DNA from: Octopus vulgaris
Taxonomy: Eukaryota
DNA length: 64,000 nucleotides
NCBI GenBank assembly: GCA_951406725.2
Contig: OX597823.1
Coordinates: 63,116,001 to 63,180,000 of the forward strand
Reading direction: 5' to 3'
This document shows, one piece after another, positions 1-12,305 of this stretch. A program made the position numbers and the translations under genes. The first letter of the stretch is position 1, and each line of letters opens with the position of its first letter. The notes under the pieces were generated by a model, which was given only the letters and a program-made list of their open reading frames with translations, was not told the DNA's origin and ran no database searches.

Positions 1-169
1 CACGAAAAGCGTGTGGCGTTATTTCAAACCCTTGTACTTATCCCCCACCCATCATCAATCCATTCATTCTCACGTGCATTCTTGTGTACCTCTCTCACTT
101 TTTGCGTCTCCGTCCTTCTTTCTCTTTCTGTGTCTCTGTCCCTTTCTCACTTGTGTCTCCGTTCTTCTT

Positions 170-3100
170 TCTCTTTTTGTGTCTCTGTCCCTGCCCCTCT
201 CTTTTGTGTCTCTGTGTCGCTGATAACCTCTCTTTTGTGTCACTGACCCCCTCTCTTTTGTGTAGCTGTCCCCCTCTCTTTTGTGTCCCTGTCCCTCTCT
301 CTTTTGTGTCTCTGTCCCTCTCTCTTTTGTGTCTCTGTCTCTCTCTTTTGTGTCTCTGTCCCTCTCCCTTTTGTGTCCCTGTCCCTCTATCTTTTGTGTC
401 TCTGTCCCTCTCTCTTTTGTGTCCCTGTCCCTCTATCTTTTGTGTCTCTGTCCCTCTCTCTTTTGTGTCGCTGTCTCTCTCTTTTGTGTCTCTGTCCCTC
501 TCTCTTTTGTGTCGCTGTCCCCCTCTCTTTTGTGTCGCTGTTCCCCTCTCTTTTGTGTCGCTGTCCCCCTCTCTTTTGTGTCGCTGTCTCTCTCTCTTTT
601 GTGTCCCTGTTCCTCTCTCTTTTGTGTCTCTCTCTCTCTTTTGTGTCGCTGTCCCCCTCTCTTTTGTGTCTCTGTCCCTCTCTCTTTTGTGTCTCTGTCC
701 CTCTCTCTTTTGTGTCTGTCCCTCTCTTTTGTGTCTCTGTCCCCCTCTCTTTTATGTCGCTGTCCCTCTCTCTTCTGTGTCTCTGTCCTCCTCTTTTTTG
801 TGTCTCTGTCTCCCTCTCTCTCTTTTGTGTCTCTGTCCCCCTCTCTTTTGTGTCTCTGTTTCTCTCTCTTTTGTGTCTCTGTCCCCCTCTCTTTTGTGTC
901 CCTGTTCCTCTCTCTTTTGTGTCTCTGTCTCTCTCTCTTTTGTGTCTATGTTCCTCTCTCTTTTGTGTAGCTGTCCCTCTCTCTTTTGTGTCTCTGCCCC
1001 TCTCTCTTTTGTGTCTCTGCCCCTCTCTCTTTTGTGTCTCTGTCCCTCTCTCTTTTGTGTCTCTGTCCCTCTCTCTTTTGTGTCCCTGTTCCTCTCTCTT
1101 TTGTGTAGCTGTCCCTCTCTCTTTTGTGTCTCTGCCCCTCTCTCTTTTGTGTCCCTGTTCCTCTCTCTTTTGTGTCTCTGTCCCTCTCTCTTTTGTGTCG
1201 CTGTCCCTCTCTCTTTTGTGTCGCTGTCCCTCTCTCTTTTGTGTCTCTGTCCCTCTATCTTTTGTGTCTCTGTCCCTGTCTTTGTGTCTCTGTCCCTCTC
1301 TCTTTTGTGTCTCTGTCCCTCTCTCTTTTGTGTCTCTGTCCCTCTCTCTTTTGTGTCTCTGTCCCTCTCTCTTATGTGTCTCTGTCCCTCTCTCTTTTGT
1401 GTCTCTGTCCCTCTCTCTTTTGTGTCTCTGTCCCTCTCTCTTTTGTGTCTCTGCCCCTCTCGCTTTTGTGTCTCTGTCCCTGTCTCTTTTGTGTCGCTGT
1501 CCTCCTCTCTTTTGTGTCCCTGTTCCTCTCTCTTTTGTGTCTCTCCCTCTCTCTTTTGTGTCTCTGTCCCTCTCTCTTTTGTGTCTCTGTCCCTCTCTCT
1601 TTTGTGTCTCTGTCCCTCTCTCTTTTGCGCCTCTGTCCCTCTCTCTTTTGCGTCTCTGTCCCTCTCTCTTTTGCGTCTCTGTCCCTCTCTCTTTTGCGTC
1701 TCTGTCCCTCTCTCTTTTGCGTCTCTGTCCCTCTCTCTTTTGTGTCGCTGTCCCTCTATCTTTTGTGTCTCTGTCCCTCTATCTTTTGTGTCTCTGTCCC
1801 TCTGTCTTTGTGTCTCTGTCCCTCTCTCTTTTGTGTCTCTGTCCCTCTCTCTTTTGTGTCTCTGTCCCTCTCTCTTTTGTGTCGCTGTCCCTCTCTCCTT
1901 TGTGTCTCTGTCCCTCTCTCCTTTGTGTCCCTGTCCCTCTCTCTTCTGTGTCTGTGTCTCTCTCTTTTGTGTCTGTTCCTCTCTCTTTTGTGTCTCTGTC
2001 CCTCTCTCTTTTGTGTCTCTGTCCCTCCCTCTTTTGTGTCTCTGTCCCTCCCTCTTTTGTGTCGCTGTCCCCCTCTCTTTTGTGTCTCTGTCCCTCTCTC
2101 TTTTGTGTCTCTGTCCCTCTCTCTTTTGTGTCTCTGTCCCTCTCTCTTTTGTGTCTCTGCCCCTCTCGCTTTTGTGTCTCTGCTCCTCTCTCTTTTGTGT
2201 CTCTGCTCCTCTCTCTTTTGTGTCTCTGTCCCTGTCTCTTTTGTGTCGCTGTCCTCCTCTCTTTTGTGTCCCTGTTCCTCTCTCTTTTGTGTCTCTCCCT
2301 CTCTCTTTTGTGTCTCTGTCCCTCTCTCTTTTGTGTCTCTGTCCCTCTCTCTTTTGCGTCTCTGTCCCTCTCTCTTTTGCGTCTCTGTCCCTCTCTCTTT
2401 TGCGTCTCTGTCCCTCTCTCTTTTGCGTCTCTGTCCCTCTCTCTTTTGTGTCGCTGTCCCTCTATCTTTTGTGTCTCTGTCCCTCTATCTTTTGTGTCTC
2501 TGTCCCTCTGTCCTTGTGTCTCTGTCCCTCTCTCTTTTGTGTCTCTGTCCCTCTCTCTTTTGTGTCTCTGTCCCTCTCTCTTTTGTGTCGCTGTCCCTCT
2601 CTCCTTTGTGTCTCTGTCCCTCTCTCCTTTGTGTCTCTGTCCCCCTCTCTTTTGTGTCTCTATCCCTCTCTCTTTTGTGTCTCTGTCCCTCTCTCTTTTG
2701 TGTCTCTGTCCCTCTCTCTTTTGTGTCCCTGTCCCTCTCTCTTTTGTGTCTCTGTCCCTCTCTCTTTTGTGTCTCTGTCCCTCTCTCTTTTGTGTCGCTG
2801 TCCCTCTCTCCTTTGTGTCTCTGTCCCCCTCTCTTTTGTGTCTCTATCCCTCTCTCTTTTGTGTCTCTGTCCCTCTCTTTTGTGTCTCTGTCCCTCTCTC
2901 TTTTGTGTCTCTGTCCCTCTCTCTTTTGTGTCTCTGTCCCTCTCTCTTTTGTGTCTCTGTCCCTCTCTCTTTTGTGTCTCTGTCCCTCTCTCTTTTGTGT
3001 CTCTGTCCCTCTGTCTTTTGTGTCTCTGTCCCCCTCTCTTTTGTGTCTCTATCCCTCTCTCTTTTGTGTCTCTGTCCCTCTCTCTTTTGTGTCTCTGTCC

Positions 3101-3350
3101 CTCTCTCTTTTGTGTCCCTGTCCCTCTCTCTTTTGTGTCTCTGACCCTCTCTCTTTTGTGTCCCTGTCCCTCTCTCTTCTGTGTCTGTCTCTCTCTCTTT
3201 TGTGTCTGTTCCTCTCTTTTTTGTGTCCCTGTCTCTCTCTCTCTCTTTTGTGTCCCTATATCTCTCTCTCTTTTGTGTCCCTATCTCTCTCTCTTTTGTG
3301 TCCCTGTCCCTTTCTCTTTTATGTCTTTGTCCCTCCCTCTTTTGTGTTTG
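170..3350. repeat. 23-bp pyrimidine-rich minisatellite (GTGTCTCTGTCCCTCTCTCTTTT)n
   Basis: Unit visible directly; the translation repeats every 23 aa (3 x 23 nt); almost no A on the + strand, hence stop-free ORFs in all three frames. Confidence 0.97.
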
Positions 3351-3496
3351 TCCCCTTCTCTCTCTCATATAACATTTCACCTTTTTTCTTTTCTGTATCA
3401 TATATCACTATTTTATATATCTTTTCTTCATCGTGCCATGTGTGTGTGTGTTATATATCTTTTCTTCATCGTGCCATGTGTGTGTGTGTGATCTAG

Positions 3497-3790
3497 GGCA
3501 AGTGTAACCAGCCGACCAAAGCCTTGTGAGGGGATGTTTGACAAAAATTTGATATACGCCTTGCTTCAACATCTCTCCGGCATTCGTATAGAAGTGTAGC
3601 TATCATGCAAGATGTATCTTCCTTCGTTTCTAGTCTTCCGTGGAACATCTGAGCTCGTGGAAATATTACTTTGCTCGAGGGTGAGGGTTGGCGACTGGAA
3701 GAGCATCGGACATTAGCAAATCTGCCTCTCCGAATTCTATCTGATCCCCTGCAAGCATAGAGAAGTGGATGCTAAAACGATGACGATGGT
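3497..3790 (+). mobile_element. Degenerate SINE: family-A body plus alternative 3' tail (family E)
   Basis: gggcaagtgt..gccgaccaaagccttgtgag shared with 61323-61753, then gagggttggcgac..gaagagcatc..gctaaaacgatgacgatg tail. Confidence 0.7.
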
Positions 3791-4137
3791 GATGGTTACT
3801 CTAAGCAGTTATTTGATGCGCTAGTAATAGCGGCAGAATCCTTAAATCACATTCTGTATCCTATTTTAAAAAAAAAAATCTAAAACAAACAAAAGACAAA
3901 ACTCATTGATTAATATACTCTTAGCTAAATGAACATGAGATTGTAAGAAGTGAAGCACCTTTGATTACAGGTCTTTCCAAGTAAGGTTGGCCTAGGTTAA
4001 ACAAGACTTGGTAAGTGCTTTTCATATCCTTCAGACTTGTACATATTTAAAATGCTTCCCTTGTAGCCATTTTTTTCTCTCTAAAATCTTAGTTAATTTC
4101 CTAAGCTGTAAATCTGCTCTCATCAAAATAATAATAT

Positions 4138-4290
4138 AATAATCCTTTCTACTCTAAGGCCTGAGATTTTGTGGGAGGGAGCTGGTTGATTATTTCGTCC
4201 CTAGTTCTCGACTGGTATTTCTTCTATTTTATCAACTCCAAAAAGATGAAAGGCAAAGTGGAACACAACGGATTTTGAACTGAGTGAAAG
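4138..4290 (-). mobile_element. SINE family B fragment (Nin/Deu-like domain)
   Basis: Reverse complement matches ctttgcctttcatc..gttgataaaa..taccag of 4872-5098. Confidence 0.75.
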
Positions 4291-4498
4291 AGCTAGAGAC
4301 ACACTTGACTACTAACATTGGCATAAAGCCACAAATTTTAAGGTTGGGTGCAGTCAGACAGTACTGGAATCCTCATTTATTTTATTGACAACTGAAGGAT
4401 GAAAGATAAAGTTGATCGCTGTGTTATTTTTAGTGTATTTTTAGTTTTGTTGTTATAAGTCTTTAAGTTATTGGAACTGAGAGCATAATATATACATA

Positions 4499-4542
<44 letters not shown>

Positions 4543-4766
4543 ATCCTTTGCGTCCTGTTTTTCATTTATTTCATTTGATACATATATCCTATCACCTATG
4601 CCACTAGCTGGCATATACAGGTGCTTACATTTATCAAGTATTCACCCTGAATTTATTGTACCTAACTCACCTACGTTGTCACTTGGACCGGATCCTATAT
4701 GAAAAAAGATATAACTAAATCCCATTAGGCAATATTTTTCGACAGTTTAATCCCCATTTACTATCT

Positions 4767-5209
4767 TAATCCTTTTGTGAACATATTTATGTTGCCATAC
4801 ACTCCCTATTTTCCAATTAATTTTGAAAATGTTCCAAGTTAGTCAAATAACTTTTGTCATTGAGCTTAATGGTAAGGCGATGAGCCAGAGGAATTGTAAG
4901 CCACATCAGACAAAATGCTTAGTGTCATTTCTTCCAGCTTGGCATTTTGAGTTCAAATCCCACCAAGGTCGACTTTGCGTTTCATCCATACGCGGTCGAT
5001 AAAACAAGTACCAATTGATCTCTGGGGGAAATGTAATCAACTAGCGCCCCCTCCACCCCAAATTCCAGTCCTTATACCTATTGTAAAAAGGAAGTTATTA
5101 AGGTGCTGTTTGGAATATGACATGAAATATTTATGGAATATTTTAATTTAGAACACTTTAAAACAGAAATTAGGTGTGATCTCAGGCAGGTTGGTATTTA
5201 GATGGTTAA
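4767..5209 (+). mobile_element. Old TTAA-flanked MITE (relative of 14685-14905) interrupted by a SINE
   Basis: TTAA ends; ttagtcaaataactt..tcatt and ttttaatttagaac..ggttggta..ggttaa align by eye to the 221-bp MITE. Confidence 0.6.
4872..5098 (+). mobile_element. tRNA-derived SINE family B (Nin/Deu-like domain)
   Basis: B-box-like gagttcaaatcc followed by gtcgactttgcgtttcatcc..ggtcgataaaacaagtacca. Confidence 0.8.
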
Positions 5210-5429
5210 TCAATATTATCATCATATTTATCTATTAGCGTTTTATGCATATGGATTGTTGCTGTTCAATAAGGTTGCAAACTCTTGAGGGTGATTCCAC
5301 TTATTGGTTTTATTATTCCACCTGAATGACATCAAAGCAGAATTTTGAACTCAGTTGACCTGCTAGATATAGCAGCTAAATCTGTGAAATAACCATCACC
5401 AGTTGTGAAGCAGTGGTGGAGGACGTGTG

Positions 5430-5676
5430 AGTGTGTGGCACGTAAAAAGCCCCATCCGAACATGGTTGATGCCAGCCTCCTTCTGGCCCCTGTGCCGGTG
5501 GCATGTAAAAAGCACTCACTACACTCTCGGACTGGTTGGCGTTAGGAAAGGCATCCGTCTGTAGAAACACTGCCAGATCAGATTGGAGCCTGGTGCAGCC
5601 TCCTGGCTTCCCAGACCCCAGTCGAACCATCCAACCCATGCCAGCATAGAAAACAGACGTTAAACAATGATGATGA
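5430..5676 (+). mobile_element. RTE-associated 3' segment (5'-truncated LINE tail) with (GAT)n end
   Basis: ggttggcgttaggaaaggcatcc..ccaacccatgccagcat..gacgttaaacaatgatgatgat; the same segment is attached to an RTE ORF at 49958-50573. Confidence 0.8.
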
Positions 5677-6410
5677 TATATCTATCTATCTATCTATCTA
5701 TATATATATATATATAAATGCACACATCTGCACACAATAGGCCTCTTTTAGTTTCCTCTCACAAAACTTTTGTCAGCCTGGGGCTATAATAGAGGATACT
5801 TGCCCAAAGTGCCATGTGGCAGGGCTGAACATAAAGCCAAGTTGTTGGGAAGCAAACTTCTTACTGTGCAGTCACTCCAAAAAAACTCAAAATAGTTCTA
5901 GATTTCGGTTTTAGTCAAGTAGTTTTTGTGAACATAGCCAATTTGCCTTCTATTCCAGTGCTACTCAAAGTGGTGGTCTGCAGGCCATCTACTGCTGGTG
6001 CGCTGCGAGTTTCCAGAAAAGAAAGAAACATTATAAAATGCTAATGTAATATTGTATTATTTGTTTGCAAAATAAATATAAGATAGGAGAAAACTCTGAA
6101 CTTTTATTATATTCATTATATATATTGTTTCCAGTATAAATTAATTTTACTAAGAAGTATTACCAGTCCCTGGCACATTGGAAAAGAGAAATCTGCGGGT
6201 ATGCCTCATCGAGAAGTGTTTTCCCACTTCAATATTTAAAAAAAATAAAAAAAGTGCAAGTAAATATTGATTCATGTATTTCTGAATCTCCTAAGCATTA
6301 TTGAATACCTTTCAAAAGAACAGAAAATGAGTCTATTGATTATCATAAGTGTGAACTGGGTTCAGTTTTGAAAGTAAAGGTGTCTGTTAGGTATTCTTTT
6401 CATTCTTTCT

Positions 6411-6755
6411 TTTACTTATTTCAGTCATTAGACTGCAGTTATACTAGGGCAGCACCTTCAAGGGTTTTAGTTGAACAAATCAACCCCCAATTTATCATTT
6501 ATTTTTTTAACTAAATTTGGTACTTATTCTATCGATAAGCAAACCAACACAAGTTGTCATGTGGTATGTGTGTGTCACACACACACACATCTATATAATA
6601 CGGGCTTCAACAGTTTCCATCAACCAAATTCACTCACAATGTATTGGTTGGCCAGGGGCTGTAGTAGACACACTTGCCCAAGGTACTGTGCAATAGGACT
6701 GAACCTGAAACCATGTGGCTACAAAGTGAGCTTGTTAACCACACAGCCGTGCCTG
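6411..6755 (-). mobile_element. SINE family A (diverged)
   Basis: Reverse-complement similarity to 61323-61753 in both halves. Confidence 0.85.
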
Positions 6756-7877
6756 TGACTAGAAATGTAACTTTACCGTGAGTTTTTTCATTTCTTTTTT
6801 TTTTTTTTTTTTTTTTTTGATAGAAAACTAAATTAGTATTCAGTTTTTTAAAATCTGAACTGGCCTTCAAATCTGATGTTATAAAAATAATTTCTAAAAT
6901 AAGAATATTCTGTTTTTCTTACAGCTGGCATGTAACTATAAAGAAATATGGAAAAGATGTGCAAATTATTCAATTATTTTCAACAGCTGGACAAGTTACT
7001 TGAGGCTAAAACTTTCACCAAATCACTTTAGAAATCTCAGCAGGGTGATCTTTCATAATTCTGACTGTAAATAAACCTCAAAAGTAAATAAAAACAAAAA
7101 CCAGTACAGTGGAATAAAACACCAAACATGAATATCTTTTTTCGTGAAAAATTAAGCAATAATGCTTTGTATAGGTATCTATCATCTTCTATCTATACTA
7201 TAATGTAGAAAGTTGCTTATTAGTTAGCTATCTAACAATTACTAAAAGTACTAAAAGAAAGCAATTAATAAAGGGTTGACTGTCTGGAAATATTTTTTAT
7301 AAATTCATGTTTTAAGAAATTTCCTATAATTTCGATTTCTCAAGTTTATGTTAAATGATGATGGTGATAGTGAGTGTGTGTGTGTCTTTGTGTTTGTCGA
7401 CAACTGCTGTTGACTTGTTTATGCCTCCATAACTTCATGCCTAAGCTAAAGATTCTAACAGAATAATTGCTGGTATCAATTTGTTTGACTAAATCCTTCA
7501 GGTTGGCGCCTCGGCGTGACTGCAGTCCAATAACTGAAACAAGTAAAAGATAAAAGTTATAATTTAACTATACACTTATGTACAGACACCTAAATTGTAC
7601 CATATCTTACATATTATATACCCTAATAAATAATGGGGTACTTAAATTTTTTGTTCATTTAATCAACACATTCCACCTATATCAGATGTCATAGTTTGGA
7701 GAATTCTGCATCCTAAAAGAGGACGATGACTACTTAATGGCATACATGTTGTTGGCAGGCACACACAAGACATGAAAATGAGAATGCCGTTCCCAACATA
7801 GCCATTATCGTTTTTATTCCTTGTGTCTTTGAAAGTATAGAGTCAGTAGTTGATTTGTTGATAAGGAATGATATAGT

Positions 7878-8233
7878 TAAGTTAATTCTTTGGCTCAAAA
7901 AGCAAAAAGCAAGGCCATGTTGGGGGACATGGAGTTATGTACAGGGAGGGTGTTCATGCAAAGAGTTCAAGCCATTTCTGGTCAAGAGAGACTTAGAACT
8001 GAGCGGTCGTCGGCCTCTTCACTATCTCGTCAGGCAGCTTATTCCACGGATCTGCAACCCGGACGGAGAAAGCTCCTCTCCTTTGATTGAGATGAAATCG
8101 TCGCAGATAGAGCTTTTCGGTGTGACCCCGCAGCCGACGCTCTGGAGCAGGAGTGAAGAACAGTTCTTTCGAGAGGTTACACTTTCCGCTTATGATGTTG
8201 TGAGCAAGAATGAGATCACTATGGCGTCGTCGT
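7878..8233 (-). mobile_element. CR1-clade LINE 3' fragment
   Basis: Minus-strand translation RRRHSDLILAHNIISG..FF..RRLRGHTEKL..RRGAFSVRVADPWNKLPDEIV matches the CR1 ORF2 C-terminal pattern (RGH.KL..FS.RV..WN.LP); short 3' UTR ending in TTAAC repeats. Confidence 0.88.
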
Positions 8234-8614
8234 TCACCGTTTGTTGTTCAGCATCTTTATAAACAGAATGTAAACATGTAAACTACATATGCATACACAC
8301 ACTGACATGTATATCTTTTATGTTTTTTCAGTCATTAGACTGTGGCCAGGTTGGGGTTACCAATTTGAAGGGTTTTAGTTGAACTGATCAACCCCAGAAT
8401 TTCCTTTATTTTTTGTTTCCCCAAGTTTGGTACTCATTCTCTGTCTATTTTGCTGAACCACTATGTTATGGGGGAGAGTGGGGGCTGTAAACAAAGTAAC
8501 ACCAGTTGTCAAGCAGTTGGTAGTGGTGGTGGACACTCAAACACAGACATGTACACACATGCACACACACACATGTAAATACAGAGACACATGAGCATTA
8601 TACTAATACATCTG

Positions 8615-8663
8615 TTTGTTGTCTACACCACCTGTCTTCGTCTTTTGTTTTTTTGTGAATTCT

Positions 8664-8667
<4 letters not shown>
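8615..8667 (+). mobile_element. 3' tip of Penelope-type terminal repeat abutting (TA)n
   Basis: atactaatacatctgtttgtt..cacctgtcttcgtcttttgttt..ccc|tatata is homologous to 33505-33575, 15866-15945 and 43767-43840. Confidence 0.75.
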
Positions 8668-8702
<35 letters not shown>

Positions 8703-8704
<2 letters not shown>

Positions 8705-9064
8705 CGTAGCTGTGTGGTAAGAAGCTTGCTTCCCAACTGCATGGTTCTGGGTTCAGTCCCACTGTGTGGCACCTTGGGCAAGTGTCTTCTACTATAACCT
8801 TGGGTCAGCCAAACACTTGTGAGTGGATTTGGTTGAGAAAAACTGAAAGAATCCCGTCATATGTGTGTCTGTGTTTGTCTCCCCTCCCACCATCGCTTGA
8901 CAACTGATGTTAGTATGTTTACATCTCCATAACTTAGTGGTTCAGCAAAAGAGCCCAATAGAATAAGTACTAGGCTTACAAAGAGTAATTCCTGGGGTTG
9001 ATTTCTTTGACTAAAGGCAGTGCTTCAGCATGGCCACCGTCAAATGACTGAAACAAATAAAAGA
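8703..9064 (+). mobile_element. SINE family A, near full length
   Basis: gctgtgtggtaagaagc..ggttcagtcccactg..accttgggcaagtgtctt..gactgaaacaaataaaaga. Confidence 0.92.
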
Positions 9065-9764
9065 CTATATACACACACACCTATATATACACATACACGC
9101 AATGGGTTTCCACCCAGTCTCTATCTATCAAATTCACTCATAAGCCATTGGTTGGCCTAGGGTTACATGTAAAAGACACTAACCCAAGATGCCATGCAGT
9201 AGGAGCAAACCCACAAGCATGTGGTTTCAAAGTGAACTTCTTAAACACACAACCATGCCTGCACCTATATGCTGGCTAATTGTTCCACAAAAGACCTGAA
9301 AAATACAATAAATCAAGGTTATGTTGGCTGATTCTTTTTCCATTTTCCATACATGATATTCATTAATTCTGTTATAATTATATAATTTGACCTCAGCAGT
9401 AAGGATATATATATATATATTTTCATTTAATCTATGCTGTATGTCTCATAATTAATGTAAGCTTTTCAACCTTGTAGCTTTATGGAAATGAGTTGTGACA
9501 TTCGCAATCTTGTTTTTTTTTTTTTAACTTTCTACGACTTTTTCAACATCTTGGAAAATTAAATGAACGGTGATGAATGAGAAGAATGATAAATCAAATT
9601 GGATCCATCTTTGTTTCAAATTATCAAAAAGCCCTGTGGTCTACCCATCAGGTTCCAATGACTAAAGCATTGAATGTACGTAAAGAACAAAATAACCTTG
9701 TTGAAACATTTGCCTTCAGATTTTATTTCAGAAACTGACTTAATATTTAAAGAGCTATTATAAT

Positions 9765-9914
9765 CTTTTCTACTCTGGGCACAAGACCTAAAATTTTGGG
9801 GGAGGAGGCCAGTCGATTAGATCAACCCCGGTACACAACTAGTACTTAATTTGTTGACCCTGAAAGGATAAGTCGACCTTGACGGAATTTGAACTCAGAA
9901 TGTAAAGACAGACA
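9765..9914 (-). mobile_element. 5'-truncated SINE family B with 17-bp target-site duplication
   Basis: TAAAGAGCTATTATAAT at 9748-9764 and 9915-9931 flanks the SINE-B sequence. Confidence 0.9.
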
Positions 9915-10077
9915 TAAAGAGCTATTATAATGAAGTGTGTGTATGCACATACAAATACATATAATCTCAGTCCAAAGAGATCTGTATCTATATAGGTATA
10001 TCTGTGTCTCTATCTCTATATCTGCCTGTCTACTTGTATCTATCTGAACACCTAAATGTCTATTTTTATCTTGTCTC

Positions 10078-10610
10078 TTTCACTTGTTTCAGTCATTAGA
10101 CTGCTACCATGCTGGGGTACTCTGCCTTGAAGAATTTTAGTTGAACCAAACACCCCCAGTATTTATTTTAAATAATTTTATATTTTTTTTAAAGCCTTCC
10201 ACTTATTTTATTGACCTCTATTGCTGAACTGCTAAGTCATGGGTTGTAAATACACCAGCACCAGCCAGTTGTCAAGCGATGTTGGACACACACAGATGTA
10301 TATTGTCATCATCTAATGTCTGTCTCCCATGTTGTCATCGGTTGGATGGTTTGACATGAGTTGCTAAGCCAGAGGACTGGACCAAGCTCCACTGTCTACT
10401 TTGGCACTGCCCTTTGACGTGCCAGTTCCTGTGAAACTCTCTCTCTCTCTCTCTCTCTCAGTTTCTGTATGCTAATCCAATTCACAAGGCTTTTGTCAGC
10501 CTGAGACTATAATTGAAAAACACTTGCCCAAGGTGCCAGGCAGTGGGACTGAACCTGAAACCATGTGGTTGGTAAGCAAACTTCTTACCACTCGGCCATG
10601 TTTGTACCTG
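10078..10610 (-). mobile_element. SINE family A interrupted by an RTE-type tail fragment (~10305-10430)
   Basis: Both SINE halves recognisable, with a catcatctaatgtc..ggttggatggtttgac segment between them. Confidence 0.8.
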
Positions 10611-11181
10611 TATATTTATATATTTGTTATAATCTACACATTTCTCTTGACCTGCTAACAACCAAATCTTAAAAAGAAAAGGGATACATAATCTTAGGTA
10701 CAATGCTGGAATGGCTGATGAGGTGGTCATTTGTCAGTTCAGTCTGTTATGTCAGGATTTACCTAGGGTTGAGCAGTTGACTTTGCAGCTATGTCTTTGG
10801 TTTGATCTCACTGCATGGCATCTTAGTCAAGTGTCTCTGTTCTACCATATCCTCGGGTTGACATAAGCCTTGTGAGTAGTATCTGCTAGACAGAAACTGT
10901 GTTGAAGCTTGCCCAAAGCGGTGTTTCTGTACTGGAGTGGCATAAACTTAATTTGTCCTTCGCTTTAATATCACAACCTGGTACTTCAGTGCATTTAGCA
11001 GCAGAGATCGTGCTCTTGTTAGTATAGAAGCTAGGTCTCTGGTTTGAGGAGAACTTCTATCAATCTTGGAGGTTCTTTAAAGTATGAGGGGTACTACTTT
11101 TCTTCTTTTGATCATACCATTAAAAACAAGAACACCATCAACAGCGAGATAATGTGAAGCTTCTAGACAGTCTACATATCA

Positions 11182-11214
<33 letters not shown>

Positions 11215-11744
11215 CAAGTGTACGCTTCTATATAATCTATGTATCTGTGTGTGTGATTCTATACAATCTGTGTATTTGTGTGTGCTTCTATACAATCTAT
11301 GTATTTGTGTGTGTGGTGCTATCCCTGTTTCAGATATCTTAGCGACATTGCAATGTGTTTGTTATTTGAGCTTTATACATCCGCAGGCTTGACTAGGAAG
11401 CCATCTGGGGGATGCATTTTTTGACAATGTGAGGTCACCATGAAGGCTCATCAGATTTTCTTTGGCCTTATTTTTGTCTCATATATGGGGAAAGGAGCAG
11501 GATAAGGCTGCTTCCTTAATATTGCAAACCCTGTTGAATAAGTGCAGGTCCTGTGTTAGGGTAGATTCTTCTTCTCTTGCTCTGTTTTCTTCTCTCTTCT
11601 GCAAATCAGCTGTGGCTGGATCTGGAGAGGTACAAGTTATGCCAGGTTTTAAAACCTATCCAGGATACACCCTTTCATAACAGCATCCTAAAAAACTATC
11701 TAGGAGTTGAGGGCCCAATCAAAAACATATCACCATCATTTTCA

Positions 11745-12100
11745 CATCTGTTTTTCCATTCTTAGTCAGCATTTCTTTGGCCAGATAACCTTCTTGTTGC
11801 CAACCCTCACCTCTTTACAAGCAAGATATATACTCATGGCATGTTTTCACAGAATATGAGAAATGAATGACACTGCTTGTATGACAGTGACACTCATTTA
11901 CAACTATTACACACTGTCACGGCAAGGAGACAAACATACACATTCACACCCACACACACATATATATAAATCTCCTCACAAGGCTTTGATTGGCCTGGGT
12001 CTATAGTAGAAGGCGCTTGCCCAAGGTGCCATTCATTGGGACTGAACTTGAAACCTTGTGATTGGAAAGTAAACTTCTTGACCACACAGCCATTCTTGTC
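11745..12100 (-). mobile_element. SINE family E (family-A head, alternative tail)
   Basis: cacaaggctttg..cttgcccaaggtgcc..accacacagcc head joined to a gccaaccctcacct..gaatgacactgcttgtatgacagtgacactc body, also seen at 47640-47820. Confidence 0.8.
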
Positions 12101-12124
12101 CTATAAATAATTATAATGATTTAA

Positions 12125-12305
12125 TGCTATCTATCTATCTGTCTGTCTGTCTGTCTATCTATCTGTTTATTTATCTGTCTGTCTGTCTATCTGTTTATTT
12201 ATCTGTCTGTCTGTCTATCTATCTGTTTATCTGTCTGTCTATCTATCTGTTTATCTGTCTGTCTGTCTATCTATCTTTTTATCTATCTGTCTGTCTGTCT
12301 GTCTA
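12125..12305. repeat. (TCTA/TCTG)n compound microsatellite
   Basis: Direct observation. Confidence 0.95.

Noticed and set aside
170-3350. CRISPR-like array
   Set aside because: Head-to-tail repeats with no unique spacers, eukaryotic context, no cas genes.
84-3496. 1135, 953 and 790 aa ORFs
   Set aside because: Artefacts of an A-poor 23-bp minisatellite that cannot produce stop codons; open in all three frames.
6924-7045. Possible host exon after a ttttcttacag acceptor
   Set aside because: About 40 open codons, but weak donor and no recognisable protein similarity.
10714-10720. Isolated CTGATGA motifs (also 11449 -, 15049 -, 53055, 59239)
   Set aside because: No correctly spaced GAAA or pairing stems.
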